From sequence record DRR378314_2487: a stretch of DNA of 46,895 bases; one strand, given 5' to 3'. Below are positions 20,322-31,316 of the stretch, piece by piece. The first letter of the stretch is position 1. Each line of letters begins with the position of its first letter. The notes beneath the pieces are model-generated. The model saw nothing but the letters and a program-made list of their open reading frames with translations, was not told the DNA's origin and ran no database searches. The position numbers were made by a program, and so were the translations under genes.

Positions 20322-20466
20322 AGGGCACTTTTAAATAAACATAAATATTAGCGCCATTATCGCATATATTTACAATAAATAATCGTTTAGCTGCGAGTAA
20401 CTTGTCTGAACGTATACAACGCTTTAAACTTATTGTAATTAAAATAAAAACTATAAGATTCACACC

Positions 20467-21201
20467 ATGATGAACGCTTTAAAGTCTCTCATTATATTAA
20501 GCTGCTTTTCTTTCTGCGCGGTTAGTTTTGCCAAAAATGAAGTGATTGTTGACAAATCCCGTGATCGTGCGATTCCCGTTAGTATCTCAGAGCCGAGTAA
20601 TTCATCCACCTGCAGCGAACATAATAAATGCCCGGTAGCGTTTATTAATCCAGGGTATGGTATTGCGCATACGGACTATCAATTTGCAGCTGATATTTTT
20701 ACTTCCAAAGGGTATTTAACAATCGCCGTTGCCCACGAATTACAGGGCGACCCTGCGCTTAACAGAACCCCGCCTTATATGGCGACTCGGCTAGAGAACT
20801 GGCACCGAGGTGTGGTGACCTTAAAGTATTTAGCCAATGAGTTAAGCAGCCGTTATCCATCTTATGATTTTAGCCATTTAACTTTATTTGGCCATTCCAA
20901 TGGCGGGGATATCTCGGCGCTTTACGCAGCACTTTACCCTAATGAAGTGGAGAGTATAATCACACTTGATCACCGCCGTATGTTATTGCCTCGTAATAAA
21001 AATATAAGTGTACTTACATTGCGCGGCAGTGATTATCCAGCTGATGAAAATGTACTACTGAATGACACAGAGCTAAATGAGTTTCCTGTCAGGCAAATCC
21101 TGATAGAAAAATCACGTCATAACGATATGTATGATGATGGCCCTAAATGGTTAGTTGAGCGAATGAGTAAAGAATTGACTGTATTTATGAACAAAAATTG
21201 A
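20467..21201 (+). CDS. Secreted alpha/beta hydrolase
   Basis: Signal peptide; GHSNGG nucleophile elbow; C-terminal RHND. Confidence 0.85.
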   Translation: MMNALKSLIILSCFSFCAVSFAKNEVIVDKSRDRAIPVSISEPSNSSTCSEHNKCPVAFINPGYGIAHTDYQFAADIFTSKGYLTIAVAHELQGDPALNRTPPYMATRLENWHRGVVTLKYLANELSSRYPSYDFSHLTLFGHSNGGDISALYAALYPNEVESIITLDHRRMLLPRNKNISVLTLRGSDYPADENVLLNDTELNEFPVRQILIEKSRHNDMYDDGPKWLVERMSKELTVFMNKN

Positions 21202-21373
21202 GGCGGTTTGGGTATAGTTTTTGATCTGTATCAATAATTAGATTGTTACTCAGCAGTGCGGACATAAGTCCTTATGTTTTTAAGGCTATTTTATTATCCT
21301 CGCGAAGCGCTACAATGGAGCAACTGCTATGATTAGCAAAGGCTTTTGACAACTTTATTCATTGGATACCAAC

Positions 21374-22213
21374 ATGCAACTACCTACCGTCGATTATCAA
21401 GCGAGCGATGCAGCCGCTCAATTTGTTGAATCTCTTAGAAACACTGGTTTTGGTGTACTCAAGAACCACCCAATCCCGCAATCTTTAGTTGAATCAATCT
21501 ACGAAAACTGGCAGGCGTTTTTTAATTCTGAGCAGAAGCATGAGTTCTTATTTTCAAAAGAAACCCAAGATGGTTATTTTCCGCCGTCAGTATCTGAGGT
21601 TGCCAAAGGTTTTACTGTAAAAGATATCAAAGAATACTTTCATGTTTATCCAAAGGGTCGAGTTCCAGAGCAACTAGAGGCAGATGTACGTGAGTACTAT
21701 CGTTTAGCCAATGAGTTTGCGGCAACATTGTTAAGTTGGGTGCAAGCAGAAGCGCCAGCAGAGGTACGTGCTAAATTTTCAATCGATTTAAAAGACATGA
21801 TTGCCGATTCTGAGCAAACGTTACTTCGTATATTGCATTACCCACCGATGACGGGTGATGAAGAGCCTGGTGCCATTCGCGCCGCAGCACACGGCGACAT
21901 CAATCTATTAACTGTTTTACCTGCCTCTAATGAGCCTGGTTTACAAGTGCAAAAAACTGACGGTGGTTGGTTAGATGTGCCGTGTGATTTTGGCAGCTTA
22001 ATCATTAATATTGGTGACATGCTACAAGAAGCATCAGGCGGGTATTTTCCATCAACGATTCACCGTGTAATTAACCCAACGGGTAAGGCGTCGACTAAGT
22101 CACGTATATCATTGCCGTTATTTTTACACCCACGCCCTGATGTTGTGTTGTCTGAGCGTTATACTGCTGATAGTTATTTACAAGAGCGTTTACGTGAATT
22201 AGGCGTAAAGTAA
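21374..22213 (+). CDS. 2OG-Fe(II) oxygenase, isopenicillin N synthase family
   Basis: GFGVLKNH, LRILHYPP, HGD (HxD), NIGDML, STIHRV, RIS (RxS). Confidence 0.92.
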   Translation: MQLPTVDYQASDAAAQFVESLRNTGFGVLKNHPIPQSLVESIYENWQAFFNSEQKHEFLFSKETQDGYFPPSVSEVAKGFTVKDIKEYFHVYPKGRVPEQLEADVREYYRLANEFAATLLSWVQAEAPAEVRAKFSIDLKDMIADSEQTLLRILHYPPMTGDEEPGAIRAAAHGDINLLTVLPASNEPGLQVQKTDGGWLDVPCDFGSLIINIGDMLQEASGGYFPSTIHRVINPTGKASTKSRISLPLFLHPRPDVVLSERYTADSYLQERLRELGVK

Positions 22214-22253
22214 TTGTAGTAATAATTCCAGTGTCTTAAGCTGGGAAAGTTTT

Positions 22254-22280
22254 AAAAGCGGCTTTTTTAGCCGCTTTTTT
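22254..22280. terminator. Bidirectional terminator
   Basis: AAAAGCGGCT-ttttt-AGCCGCTTTTTT. Confidence 0.85.
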
Positions 22281-22305
22281 GTTGAAGCTACTTTATTGTT
22301 TAAGA

Positions 22306-23106
22306 TTAAAATCCGCGAGGGGATACAAACTGACCACTTTGAATTTTGTCGTAAGTCTGTTGTGCTAGTGTCTCTAAACTATCTAGGCTTCGCCCTGTTG
22401 CTGTGAGTTGGTGCTCAATAGGTAGAATTTCTATATTTGTTACGCCAGATAACTGCGCAACACGAGCAAACGTGTAGGCGTGTTTGTACTTTTCGTGTTT
22501 ATTGAACAAGCTTACCAGAGTCATATAAATTTCTGGGTTAGGTTCTTCACCCGCTTTATTTAACTCTAGTGTTTTATAAAGTAAATCAATCGTTTTCTCT
22601 TCATCTGATTTTATATAGTAGGTCGCTAAAAAAAACTGCATTTGTGCATCATTCGTTACACTAGGGTCATTTTCTAACGATAGTAGTTTGGTTAACGCAG
22701 ACTGGTCATTATTGCGTGACCAATGATAGTAGAGCAGGCCAGGGTGATTAGTACCTTTAGTATCTTGGTATAAACGCGTCATCTCTTTAAGGCTCACTAA
22801 ATGACCTTCTACCCGTGAGGTGGTTTTTTCTTTTAGCTTGATATGCTCTATTTTTGCTGCAAGAGATACGCATTGGTTATAGCTTTCGAAGCCTTGTAAC
22901 AAAGTATATTTGTTTTCTTCAGTGGGCTGCTTATATTCATGGTACCGAGCAACGATAACTTCAGCGCGCTCTTTTTTACAGTGGCTGTCTTTATTTAAAT
23001 CATTACATAGCCCAGGTGTTTCTTTACAAATTTTAGCCTGTGTTAGTGGCTCTTCACACCCAGTAAGTACCAAAATACTCAATAATACAGTTGTTCTGAG
23101 TAACAT
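22306..23106 (-). CDS. DUF2989-type lipoprotein
   Basis: Lipobox LTGC; Cys pattern IC...LC.DLNKDSHC; LLYYHWSR. Confidence 0.75.
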   Translation of the reverse strand: MLLRTTVLLSILVLTGCEEPLTQAKICKETPGLCNDLNKDSHCKKERAEVIVARYHEYKQPTEENKYTLLQGFESYNQCVSLAAKIEHIKLKEKTTSRVEGHLVSLKEMTRLYQDTKGTNHPGLLYYHWSRNNDQSALTKLLSLENDPSVTNDAQMQFFLATYYIKSDEEKTIDLLYKTLELNKAGEEPNPEIYMTLVSLFNKHEKYKHAYTFARVAQLSGVTNIEILPIEHQLTATGRSLDSLETLAQQTYDKIQSGQFVSPRGF

Positions 23107-23283
23107 CCCTAAACCCTATTTTTATAATATATCTTTTATTCTAGCCCAACGAATTGATCTGTAACAGTGGAGAATCGCGCGAGTTTAAATTAGAATACCC
23201 CCGACCATAGTGATGAATTGCTCTCACATGCTAAATTTGCGCTATGGATATCCGTTCAAAAACTGTTTAATTAGGTAAAAAAC

Positions 23284-24726
23284 ATGACCTCATCTCACGA
23301 GTTAGAATACACTAATAGCTGGCAAGAACGCCAAGATTATGCTGAAAGCATGCAACCGATAATCGGTAAATTATACCGTAGTCGTGGTATTGAAATTGCT
23401 GTTTATGGTCGTCCACTTGTTAACGCAAGCCCTATTGATATCATCAAATCTCACAAAACTGTGGCACAATTTGAAGGTACAAAATTACGTTTACGCGAAA
23501 GCTTCCCATTTCTAGAAGCAATCAGCAAAATGGATTTAAACTCAGCGCGTATTGATATTGGTAAGCTGGCATATGGATACCTGTTTAATGATGCTGCTAA
23601 AGGTCGTTCAGTTGAAGAATACTTAAACGATGAACTAGCTGAAATCATTAATTCAAAAGCTAAAGAGCCTCGTGATGTTGTTTTATATGGATTTGGACGT
23701 ATAGGTCGTTTACTTGCGCGCTTATTAATTGAAAAATCTGGTCCATACGCTGACTTACGTTTACGTGCGATTGTTGTTCGTGGTGGTAAAGATGGTGACC
23801 TTGAAAAGCGTGCAAGCTTATTACGCCGCGATTCTATCCATGGTCCATTCAATGGCTCGATTACTATTGATAAAGAGCGTAATGCAATTAAAGCAAATGG
23901 TAGCTATATTCAAGTTATCTACGCTAATTCGCCAAGTGAAATTGATTACACAGCATACGGTATTGAAGATGCACTTATTGTCGATAATACTGGTATCTGG
24001 AAAGACGAAGCAGGCCTTGGCCAGCACCTTGAATCAAAAGGCGCTGCAAAAGTACTATTAACAGCACCTGCTAAAGGTAATATTAAAAACATCGTATACG
24101 GTGTAAATAACCAAGACATTTTACCTGAAGATAAAATTGTGTGTGCGGCAAGCTGTACAACAAATGCCATTACGCCAACGCTTAAAGCATTAAATGATAA
24201 GTTTGGTATTAATAATGGTCACGTAGAAACCGTTCACTCATACACAAATGACCAAAACCTAATTGATAACTACCACAAAGCAGAGCGCCGTGGTCGTGCT
24301 GCTGCATTGAATATGGTTATTACAGAAACAGGTGCTGCTAAAGCAGTTTCAAAAGCATTACCTGAACTTGAAGGTAAACTAACAGGTAACGCAATCCGTG
24401 TACCAACACCTAATGTTTCATTGGCAATCTTAAATCTAAACTTGGCGACAGATACATCAGTAGAAGAGCTTAACTCTTTCTTACGCAATGCCGCTTTACA
24501 TTCAGATTTACGTGATCAAATCGATTACACCGCTTCAACTGAAATTGTATCTACCGATTTAGTGGGTAGTCGCTACGCAGGTGTTGTTGATTCACAAGCA
24601 ACGATTGTTGATGGTAACCGTGTAGTACTTTATGTTTGGTACGATAATGAATTTGGTTACAGCTGTCAGGTTGTTCGCTGTATGCGTGACATGGCTGAAG
24701 TTGCATTTCCAAGCTTACCGCGTTAA
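23284..24726 (+). CDS. gap: Glyceraldehyde-3-phosphate dehydrogenase, long N-terminally extended type
   Basis: GFGRIGR, ASCTTN, TGAAKAV, RVPTPNVS, WYDNEFGYS; about 130-aa N-terminal extension. Confidence 0.95.
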   Translation: MTSSHELEYTNSWQERQDYAESMQPIIGKLYRSRGIEIAVYGRPLVNASPIDIIKSHKTVAQFEGTKLRLRESFPFLEAISKMDLNSARIDIGKLAYGYLFNDAAKGRSVEEYLNDELAEIINSKAKEPRDVVLYGFGRIGRLLARLLIEKSGPYADLRLRAIVVRGGKDGDLEKRASLLRRDSIHGPFNGSITIDKERNAIKANGSYIQVIYANSPSEIDYTAYGIEDALIVDNTGIWKDEAGLGQHLESKGAAKVLLTAPAKGNIKNIVYGVNNQDILPEDKIVCAASCTTNAITPTLKALNDKFGINNGHVETVHSYTNDQNLIDNYHKAERRGRAAALNMVITETGAAKAVSKALPELEGKLTGNAIRVPTPNVSLAILNLNLATDTSVEELNSFLRNAALHSDLRDQIDYTASTEIVSTDLVGSRYAGVVDSQATIVDGNRVVLYVWYDNEFGYSCQVVRCMRDMAEVAFPSLPR

Positions 24727-24749
24727 GCAATAAGGTTTAGCTAAGTACG

Positions 24750-24774
24750 AAAGCCAGCAATTGCTGGCTTTTTT
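24750..24774 (+). terminator. Intrinsic terminator
   Basis: AAAGCCAGC-aatt-GCTGGCTTTTTT. Confidence 0.85.
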
Positions 24775-24927
24775 AGTCGTGAATTTTTTCAAAATTCAAG
24801 GTGTGTGGTAGGCTGTTTCTAGTTCACTACATTTTACTAACAAAACGCTCCATCAAAAGAGTGTTACATAATTTCTGACTAATATTGATTGGTTAGACTT
24901 TATTATTCACCTATAGGTTTATTTTAC

Positions 24928-26058
24928 ATGAAGATCACCAGTAATTTTGACAGTGGTAATATCAATGTTATTGCAGCCACAGACCCATTAAATATTCAAT
25001 TAGAGATCAATAAAGATCATCAATCGGATTTTTTTCAATGGTTTCATTTTCGTTTAGAGACAATGCCGTTTCAAAACCATAAATTACACATCAACAATCT
25101 TGAAAACTCCGCTTATCCTGATGGCTGGGTAGGTTATCACGCTGTTGCATCGTATGATCGTCAAACATGGTTTCGTGTTCCTTCAAATTACAGTGACGGT
25201 ACGCTAAGTTTTGAAATTGAACCTGAGTGCGGCACAATTTACTTTGCTTATTTTGCCCCGTATAGCTACGAGCGCCATTTAGACTTAATTACATGGGCGC
25301 AAAGCCAAGAAGCATGTCAGCTAGAAACACTTGGTGAAACACTCGATGGCCGAGATATGAGTGTGTTGCGTGTAGGTGGTGAAAGTGATGAGAATAAGAA
25401 AATAATCTGGATCACAGCACGTCAGCACCCTGGTGAAACAATGGCCGAATGGTATGTTGAGGGTGTATTACATAAGTTACTGGATGATGAAGACCCGCAT
25501 GCAGCAGCTCTTCTATCTAAAGCAGTATTCTATATCGTACCAAACATGAACCCAGATGGCAGTGCGCGTGGTCACTTACGTACTAATGCTAAAGGTGTAA
25601 ACTTAAACCGTGAGTGGCAAACACCGAGTATGGAAAATAGCCCTGAAGTGTATTTAGTGCTTAACAAAATGCGTGAAACAGGCCTTGATATGCACTTAGA
25701 TATTCATGGTGATGAAGCCATTCCATATAACTTTGTTGCAGGCAGTGAAGGCATTCCAAGCTACGATGCTCGCATGAAAGACCTAGAAGATAGCTTTAAA
25801 GCAGCTTTGCTTGTTGTGACTCCTGAGTTCCAAGATGAGCATGGCTATCCAAAAGATGCGCCAGGTGAGGCAAACTTAACTGTAGGCTCATCAGCGGTAG
25901 CTGAAGAGTTTAAAGCACTTGCTTATACTGTAGAAATGCCATTTAAAGATAACGATGATTTACCTGATCCAGACTATGGCTGGTCAGACCGTCGCTCTTA
26001 TCAATTCGGACAAGATACATTAGCGGCCATTGTTAATGTTGTTGATAAGCTAAGATAA
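24928..26058 (+). CDS. M14-type cytosolic carboxypeptidase
   Basis: ITSNFDSGN, ARQHPGE, NPDG, NLNREW, LDIHGDE, EMPF. Confidence 0.92.
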   Translation: MKITSNFDSGNINVIAATDPLNIQLEINKDHQSDFFQWFHFRLETMPFQNHKLHINNLENSAYPDGWVGYHAVASYDRQTWFRVPSNYSDGTLSFEIEPECGTIYFAYFAPYSYERHLDLITWAQSQEACQLETLGETLDGRDMSVLRVGGESDENKKIIWITARQHPGETMAEWYVEGVLHKLLDDEDPHAAALLSKAVFYIVPNMNPDGSARGHLRTNAKGVNLNREWQTPSMENSPEVYLVLNKMRETGLDMHLDIHGDEAIPYNFVAGSEGIPSYDARMKDLEDSFKAALLVVTPEFQDEHGYPKDAPGEANLTVGSSAVAEEFKALAYTVEMPFKDNDDLPDPDYGWSDRRSYQFGQDTLAAIVNVVDKLR

Positions 26059-26300
26059 TTTCATATCATATGGGCGCCTTTGAGCGCCTATTATCCCCAC
26101 AAAACATCCCCAGTTGTTATTTCAAATTGATTTTTGGAAATTAAGTGTTAACAAACTTGATAGGTTTAAGTTAACATGAGTGCGTTACCCTTATAAAAGT
26201 GTTATTTATTGATTTAATTGATAAGGGTTGTCACATATTCTGAGTTACTAAAGCAAAGTATCGTAACTAAAAATAAAAAATATAATTGTAGAGGATATCT

Positions 26301-27815
26301 ATGGAAGCTTTTGTAAGCGCTGTTAATGATGTTGTGTGGAGTAGTGCACTCATTTACTTATGTCTAGGCGCAGGTCTATTTTATTCTATTCTAACTCGTT
26401 TTGCTCAAGTTAGACATTTCAAAGAAATGTGTAAACTGCTACTCACTTCTAACCGTTCAACAACAGGTATCTCGTCATTCCAAGCACTTGCCGTATCATT
26501 ATCAGGGCGTGTGGGCGTAGGTAACATTGCAGGTGTTGCTGCTGCAATAGGCTTTGGTGGCCCAGGTGCCATTTTTTGGATGTGGATTGTTGCTTTTTTA
26601 GGTGCGAGCACGGCATACGCAGAGTCAACTTTAGGGCAAATTTATAAAACAGAAGAAGACGGCCAATATCGTGGTGGTCCAGCGTATTATTTTGATCGTT
26701 GCTTAGAGCAAAAATGGCTAGGTATTTTATTTGCTGTTTCTGCAATCATTGCCTGTGGTGTATTTTTACCTGGCGTTCAAGCTAATGCCGTTGGTAATGC
26801 GTTCACTCAAGTTTTTGGTAACGGAGAAATGGTATCAACGAGTTTTGGTGAAGTTGGTACATTTAAATTAGTGGCACTGGCGATTATTTTAATCGTGTTA
26901 GCGTTTATCATTTTTGGTGGTATTAAGCGCATTGCAAACTTTACGCAAATAGTCGTGCCATTTATGGCGTTAGGTTACATTGTACTAGCACTTATCGTGG
27001 TATTTTTAAATGTAGATAAAGTACCGGGTATCTTCTCGTTAATTATTTCTGATGCATTCACCGCACAAGCTGGTTTTGGTGCCGCGATAGGTTGGGGTGT
27101 AAAGCGCGGTATTTATTCTAATGAAGCGGGTCAAGGTACAGGCCCTCATGCCGCTGCTGCTGCTGAGGTTGATCACCCTGCACAACAAGGTTTAGTACAA
27201 GCATTTTCAGTGTATGTTGATACAATTTTTGTTTGTACAGCAACGGCACTAATGATTTTAATAACACAGCAATACAACGTTGTTGGTGAACTGCCAGCGG
27301 GTCAATTTATTGTACAAAATGTTGATGCTGCAACTGAAGTAGGCTCAGCTGCATTCACTCAAATGGCATTATTTAGCGTATTTGGTGGTTTTGGTGAGGC
27401 GTTTGTAGGTGTGGCTTTATTCTTCTTCGCGTTTACTACGATACTTGCTTACTACTACATAGCAGAAACCAACGTAGCTTATTTAAACCGCTACTTTAAA
27501 GGCAGTATCCCATTATTAATCGTTAAATTAGTGATTATGTTTATGGTCGCATACGGCATGGTTAATAATTCTGGCTATATTTGGAGTATTGGTGATATTG
27601 GCGTGGGCTTAATGGCGTGGATCAATATTGTTGGTATATTAGCTATTTTCTTCGTTGCGAAACCTGCCCTAAACTGTTTACGTGACTATGAAGAGCAAAA
27701 GAAAGCGGGCGGCGAGATTACGTTTGATCCGGTCAAATTGGGTATAAAAAATGCCACTTTTTGGGAAAAACGTTTAGCTGATAAAGCCAAAGAAAAAGTA
27801 AAACAGCCGGAATAA
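26301..27815 (+). CDS. Alanine/glycine:cation symporter (AGCS)
   Basis: GISSFQA, GRVGVGNIAGVA, GGPGAIFWMW, RGGPAYY, SNEAGQG. Confidence 0.95.
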   Translation: MEAFVSAVNDVVWSSALIYLCLGAGLFYSILTRFAQVRHFKEMCKLLLTSNRSTTGISSFQALAVSLSGRVGVGNIAGVAAAIGFGGPGAIFWMWIVAFLGASTAYAESTLGQIYKTEEDGQYRGGPAYYFDRCLEQKWLGILFAVSAIIACGVFLPGVQANAVGNAFTQVFGNGEMVSTSFGEVGTFKLVALAIILIVLAFIIFGGIKRIANFTQIVVPFMALGYIVLALIVVFLNVDKVPGIFSLIISDAFTAQAGFGAAIGWGVKRGIYSNEAGQGTGPHAAAAAEVDHPAQQGLVQAFSVYVDTIFVCTATALMILITQQYNVVGELPAGQFIVQNVDAATEVGSAAFTQMALFSVFGGFGEAFVGVALFFFAFTTILAYYYIAETNVAYLNRYFKGSIPLLIVKLVIMFMVAYGMVNNSGYIWSIGDIGVGLMAWINIVGILAIFFVAKPALNCLRDYEEQKKAGGEITFDPVKLGIKNATFWEKRLADKAKEKVKQPE

Positions 27816-27920
27816 TTAAGGATTACATTGGTGATTCTGATGTATTCATCACCTTTGGCAATGTCTTAGCAATTGATTGCAATTCAAAACAGACATAGCG
27901 GCATAAAACAAGTACAATAC

Positions 27921-27945
27921 AAGGCGCCTACAGGCGCCTTTTTTT
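27921..27945 (+). terminator. Intrinsic terminator-like hairpin
   Basis: AAGGCGCCT-ac-AGGCGCCTTTTTTT. Confidence 0.65.
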
Positions 27946-27966
27946 ATGTGAAGTATGGAGAGTTAT

Positions 27967-28293
27967 ATGGCGATTGTCAGTTGTCCTAGTTGTAATAAAT
28001 CGATATCAGATAAACATAAACAATGCCCTCATTGTGAGAATAACGTGGCAGAGCTTAATGATGAGCAACGCCAGCAACTATTGCGTGAAAAGCGCATCAA
28101 TAAACAACAAATGTTTATGAATCACTCCTTTTTTGCACTATTCATATTCTTAGGTGGCTTTTTTTGTTTGTATTTTTTACAGCCAGAACCTGAAACAGCA
28201 AGATGGTATTTATGTTCTGCAGCCATTGGCATCGGGTGTATTTGGTATTTAGTTAATCGCGTAATTTTAGTAGTACTTAAAAAGAAAAATTGA
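27967..28293 (+). CDS. Zinc-ribbon membrane protein
   Basis: CPSC...CPHC followed by two TM helices; GGAGAG RBS before ATG 27967. Confidence 0.8.
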   Translation: MAIVSCPSCNKSISDKHKQCPHCENNVAELNDEQRQQLLREKRINKQQMFMNHSFFALFIFLGGFFCLYFLQPEPETARWYLCSAAIGIGCIWYLVNRVILVVLKKKN

Positions 28294-28294
28294 T

Positions 28295-28576
28295 ATGAAC
28301 ATCGACAACCTTGTAAATAATATTACCCCAGAATTATTTGAACGTTTACAGTATGGTGCTGCAACAGGCAAGTGGCCTGATGGCACTGCACTCAGTGACG
28401 AGCAAAAAGAGCAAACAGTGCAAATTGTCATGCTTTATCAAGCTAAAGTAGCCCAATCAAACGAGCAATTTACCATTGGGTCTAATGGCGAAATGGTACA
28501 AAAGACCAAAGCGCAGTTACAGAAAGAATTTAACTCAGATAATGAAATAGCAAGGTTCAGTGAACATGATCTTTAA
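28295..28576 (+). CDS. yeaC: YeaC / DUF1315 family protein
   Basis: ITPELFERL...GKWPDGTALSDEQKE. Confidence 0.85.
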   Translation: MNIDNLVNNITPELFERLQYGAATGKWPDGTALSDEQKEQTVQIVMLYQAKVAQSNEQFTIGSNGEMVQKTKAQLQKEFNSDNEIARFSEHDL

Positions 28577-31247
28577 ACATCTTTTTACCCCAAAATGGAA
28601 ACACCCAAAACAACACGTTCGTTTAGAAGCGATTGAAAGATTAGATGTAGAACGAGATGCAACTATTCTGAACAAGCTTGCACTTGATGACAATTCAGTT
28701 GAAATTAGAAAAAAAGCGCTCAACAAAGTAAACGATTTAGTGTTGTGGTGGAAAGCCTATAAACAAGATCAAAATCTAAAAGATCTAGCTGAGCAGCATA
28801 TTTCGAATGCAGTATTAAATAACGAGCAGGCGCTTAACAACGATATCAAAAATGAATACATCGAACGTTTTGCACCAGTTAAAACGCTCGAAAAGCTGGC
28901 CTTCGCTGAAAAAGAATTACAAGTTAGAGTTAAACTACTAAAGCGATTAGCGAACCCTAAGCTAACAGAAAAGGCTTTTAAAGAAGGCTCTGTTGAATTA
29001 CAGCAGCAGTTAGTTGAGCTTGTTATTAATCAACAATTAGCAAAAACGTTAGTCAAACATGCACAAGGTGAGGCCAAGAGTAGTTTGCAAACGTATTTAG
29101 ATGACGAGCAACGTGCTATTGAAATGCCTATTCAAGTGCAAAATGAAACGCGTGTTATTTTAGCGAAACTCAATGCATTGCGCGAAAAGCAGGACTATGA
29201 GCTTGTTAACGAACAAAGCCAAGCACTTATTGCGCAATGGCAAACGCAAGAGCTTAAATGGTTAAGCACTGAACAAGTCACAAACCTAGAAGAAAAATAT
29301 AACGCAATAACCACTAAACTGAACACGCATGTGTCTCAGTTAAAAGCGAAATTTGACCAACAACAAGCAGAGCTTGCGCAAAAGCAGCGTGACGTATTAG
29401 CAATTGCTAACCTTGAAGCACTGAGTGAAGAGATTGAAAATGCATTGCAATTGGGCTTAGAAACGCCAGAGCAAATTCAACAAGATTGGTTAGATGCAAA
29501 AGTAACGCAAGCACAAGAAGCAATGAATACAAGCGAACTGGCAGACAGTGCGCAAAAAGCCCAAGTCTTTACTAAGTTATCTCAACTTGCAAAACAGGTT
29601 GCTCAGTTACCACAATTAAGTGCTGCCATTACGCAGTTTAAGCAGGCATTTAATGAACTCACTGAAGTAACAACGGATGTTGATAAAAGTACATTTGATG
29701 ATGTTAGTCAACAGTTCGATTTAGCTTATAAAGCAGCGAATGCACCATTAAAACAGCTGCCAGTAGCGTTACAGGCTCCGTTTAAGGCGCAATTAAAATC
29801 GCAAAAGCAATTATGGTCTAATGCTGTTGAGCCACTCACTAAGCAACTAACAAAAAACCAACAGCAAGCGAGTCGTAAGGGGCGCGATGTAAAACGCTTA
29901 ATTGAACAAGGTCGTTTTAATGTGGCATTTGGTGTGTTTAAAGGCTTTGTTGAGCTTTATGATTCATTAACCCCCGCTTTTGCACAGCAACTTGATAAAC
30001 TGAAAGTTGAATTAGAGACGCAACTTGAAAATGCACGAGACTGGCAAAAATATGCGTCTGCACCTAAGCGTGAAGAGCTCATAAATGAAGTTACAACGTT
30101 ATTAGAGCAGCCTTGTACAGATGCAAAAGCGCGAGTTGCACAAGTGAAAACGTTACGCCGTCGTTGGAATGAGTTAGGGCGTTTAGACACAGAGCAAGAG
30201 CAACAGCAGGGTAAAGAGTTCGATGAAAAAATTGAGCTTCTCTTTGCACCTTGTCGTGAATACTTTGCGCAATTGGAACAGCAACGAGAGCAGATCAAAC
30301 AATCGAGAGAGACCGTTATTTCTCAAATGCAGGCCTTGGCACAAACAGATACCGCTATTGAAGCCTTTGATTGGAAAGAATACGAAAGCCAATATAATCG
30401 TATAAACAAAGCATGGCGAAATGCCGGTAACGTAGAGCCTAAAGTGTATCGTGAGTTACAAACGCTTTATAAGCCACACCAGCAAACTGTTTTACATACA
30501 CTTAATTCATTCCATAAAGCGAATAGCGCAGCTAAAAACAGCCTAGTTGAACACGCTGAACAATTATCACAGTCAGATAATTTGGCTGATGCTTGCCAGC
30601 AACTCAAAGAGCTGCAACAGCAGTGGCAAAAAATTGGTTTTGCTGGCGTAAAAGCCGAAAACGCATTATGGCAAAAGTTTCGTCAGTTTAATGACTTAAC
30701 ATTTGCTAAGCGCAGTGAAGAGTTTGCTCAGCACAAAGAACAGCAGGCGACGGATAATGCTATTATCGAACAGCAATTATCAGAATTAGAAGATGCGCTT
30801 CCTGCGGTTAACCAAAAAGCACAATTACTTGATTTGCGCACAAAGGTATCAGCTTTAACGCAAGTTAAGTCGCTTTCAAACCGGATCAATGCTTTACAAG
30901 CTGCGATTGATACAAAGTTAGCAGAGTTGACACAACAAGCAGCTAAAGCTGACTTTAATGCACTCTTTAGCGCACTGGAAAATCAAGAGGCTATCCCTGC
31001 ACAATGGAAAGCTAATATAACGAGCCACCTTTCAGTTGCACAGTTATTAATACGTATGGAAATTCTTGCGAACGTAGATAGCCCTGCAGGCAGTGAACGT
31101 ATGGCTGAGCAAGTTGCTATGCTTGATGATAAACATCGTGGTGAGCAAGCTGATTTGCAGTTTTACCTTAAACAGCTGCTTGCGCTCAGTGAGGGTTCAG
31201 TTGATGCTGACACACTAGTGCGATTAAAAACGATTTTTAACGCATAG
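28566..31247 (+). CDS. DUF349 domain-containing helical protein
   Basis: PKWKHP N-terminus; repeated LQQQWQKIG...LWQKFR / LRRRWNELG units; C-terminal IRMEILA. Confidence 0.8.
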   Translation: MIFKHLFTPKWKHPKQHVRLEAIERLDVERDATILNKLALDDNSVEIRKKALNKVNDLVLWWKAYKQDQNLKDLAEQHISNAVLNNEQALNNDIKNEYIERFAPVKTLEKLAFAEKELQVRVKLLKRLANPKLTEKAFKEGSVELQQQLVELVINQQLAKTLVKHAQGEAKSSLQTYLDDEQRAIEMPIQVQNETRVILAKLNALREKQDYELVNEQSQALIAQWQTQELKWLSTEQVTNLEEKYNAITTKLNTHVSQLKAKFDQQQAELAQKQRDVLAIANLEALSEEIENALQLGLETPEQIQQDWLDAKVTQAQEAMNTSELADSAQKAQVFTKLSQLAKQVAQLPQLSAAITQFKQAFNELTEVTTDVDKSTFDDVSQQFDLAYKAANAPLKQLPVALQAPFKAQLKSQKQLWSNAVEPLTKQLTKNQQQASRKGRDVKRLIEQGRFNVAFGVFKGFVELYDSLTPAFAQQLDKLKVELETQLENARDWQKYASAPKREELINEVTTLLEQPCTDAKARVAQVKTLRRRWNELGRLDTEQEQQQGKEFDEKIELLFAPCREYFAQLEQQREQIKQSRETVISQMQALAQTDTAIEAFDWKEYESQYNRINKAWRNAGNVEPKVYRELQTLYKPHQQTVLHTLNSFHKANSAAKNSLVEHAEQLSQSDNLADACQQLKELQQQWQKIGFAGVKAENALWQKFRQFNDLTFAKRSEEFAQHKEQQATDNAIIEQQLSELEDALPAVNQKAQLLDLRTKVSALTQVKSLSNRINALQAAIDTKLAELTQQAAKADFNALFSALENQEAIPAQWKANITSHLSVAQLLIRMEILANVDSPAGSERMAEQVAMLDDKHRGEQADLQFYLKQLLALSEGSVDADTLVRLKTIFNA

Positions 31248-31270
31248 TACCTTTGCGTTATATGAAATTA

Positions 31271-31300
31271 AATAAAGCCGCAATCTAGCGGCTTTATTTT
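31271..31300 (+). terminator. Intrinsic terminator
   Basis: AATAAAGCCGC-aatcta-GCGGCTTTATTTT. Confidence 0.8.
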
Positions 31301-31316
31301 TGAATAGGAAAAACAC

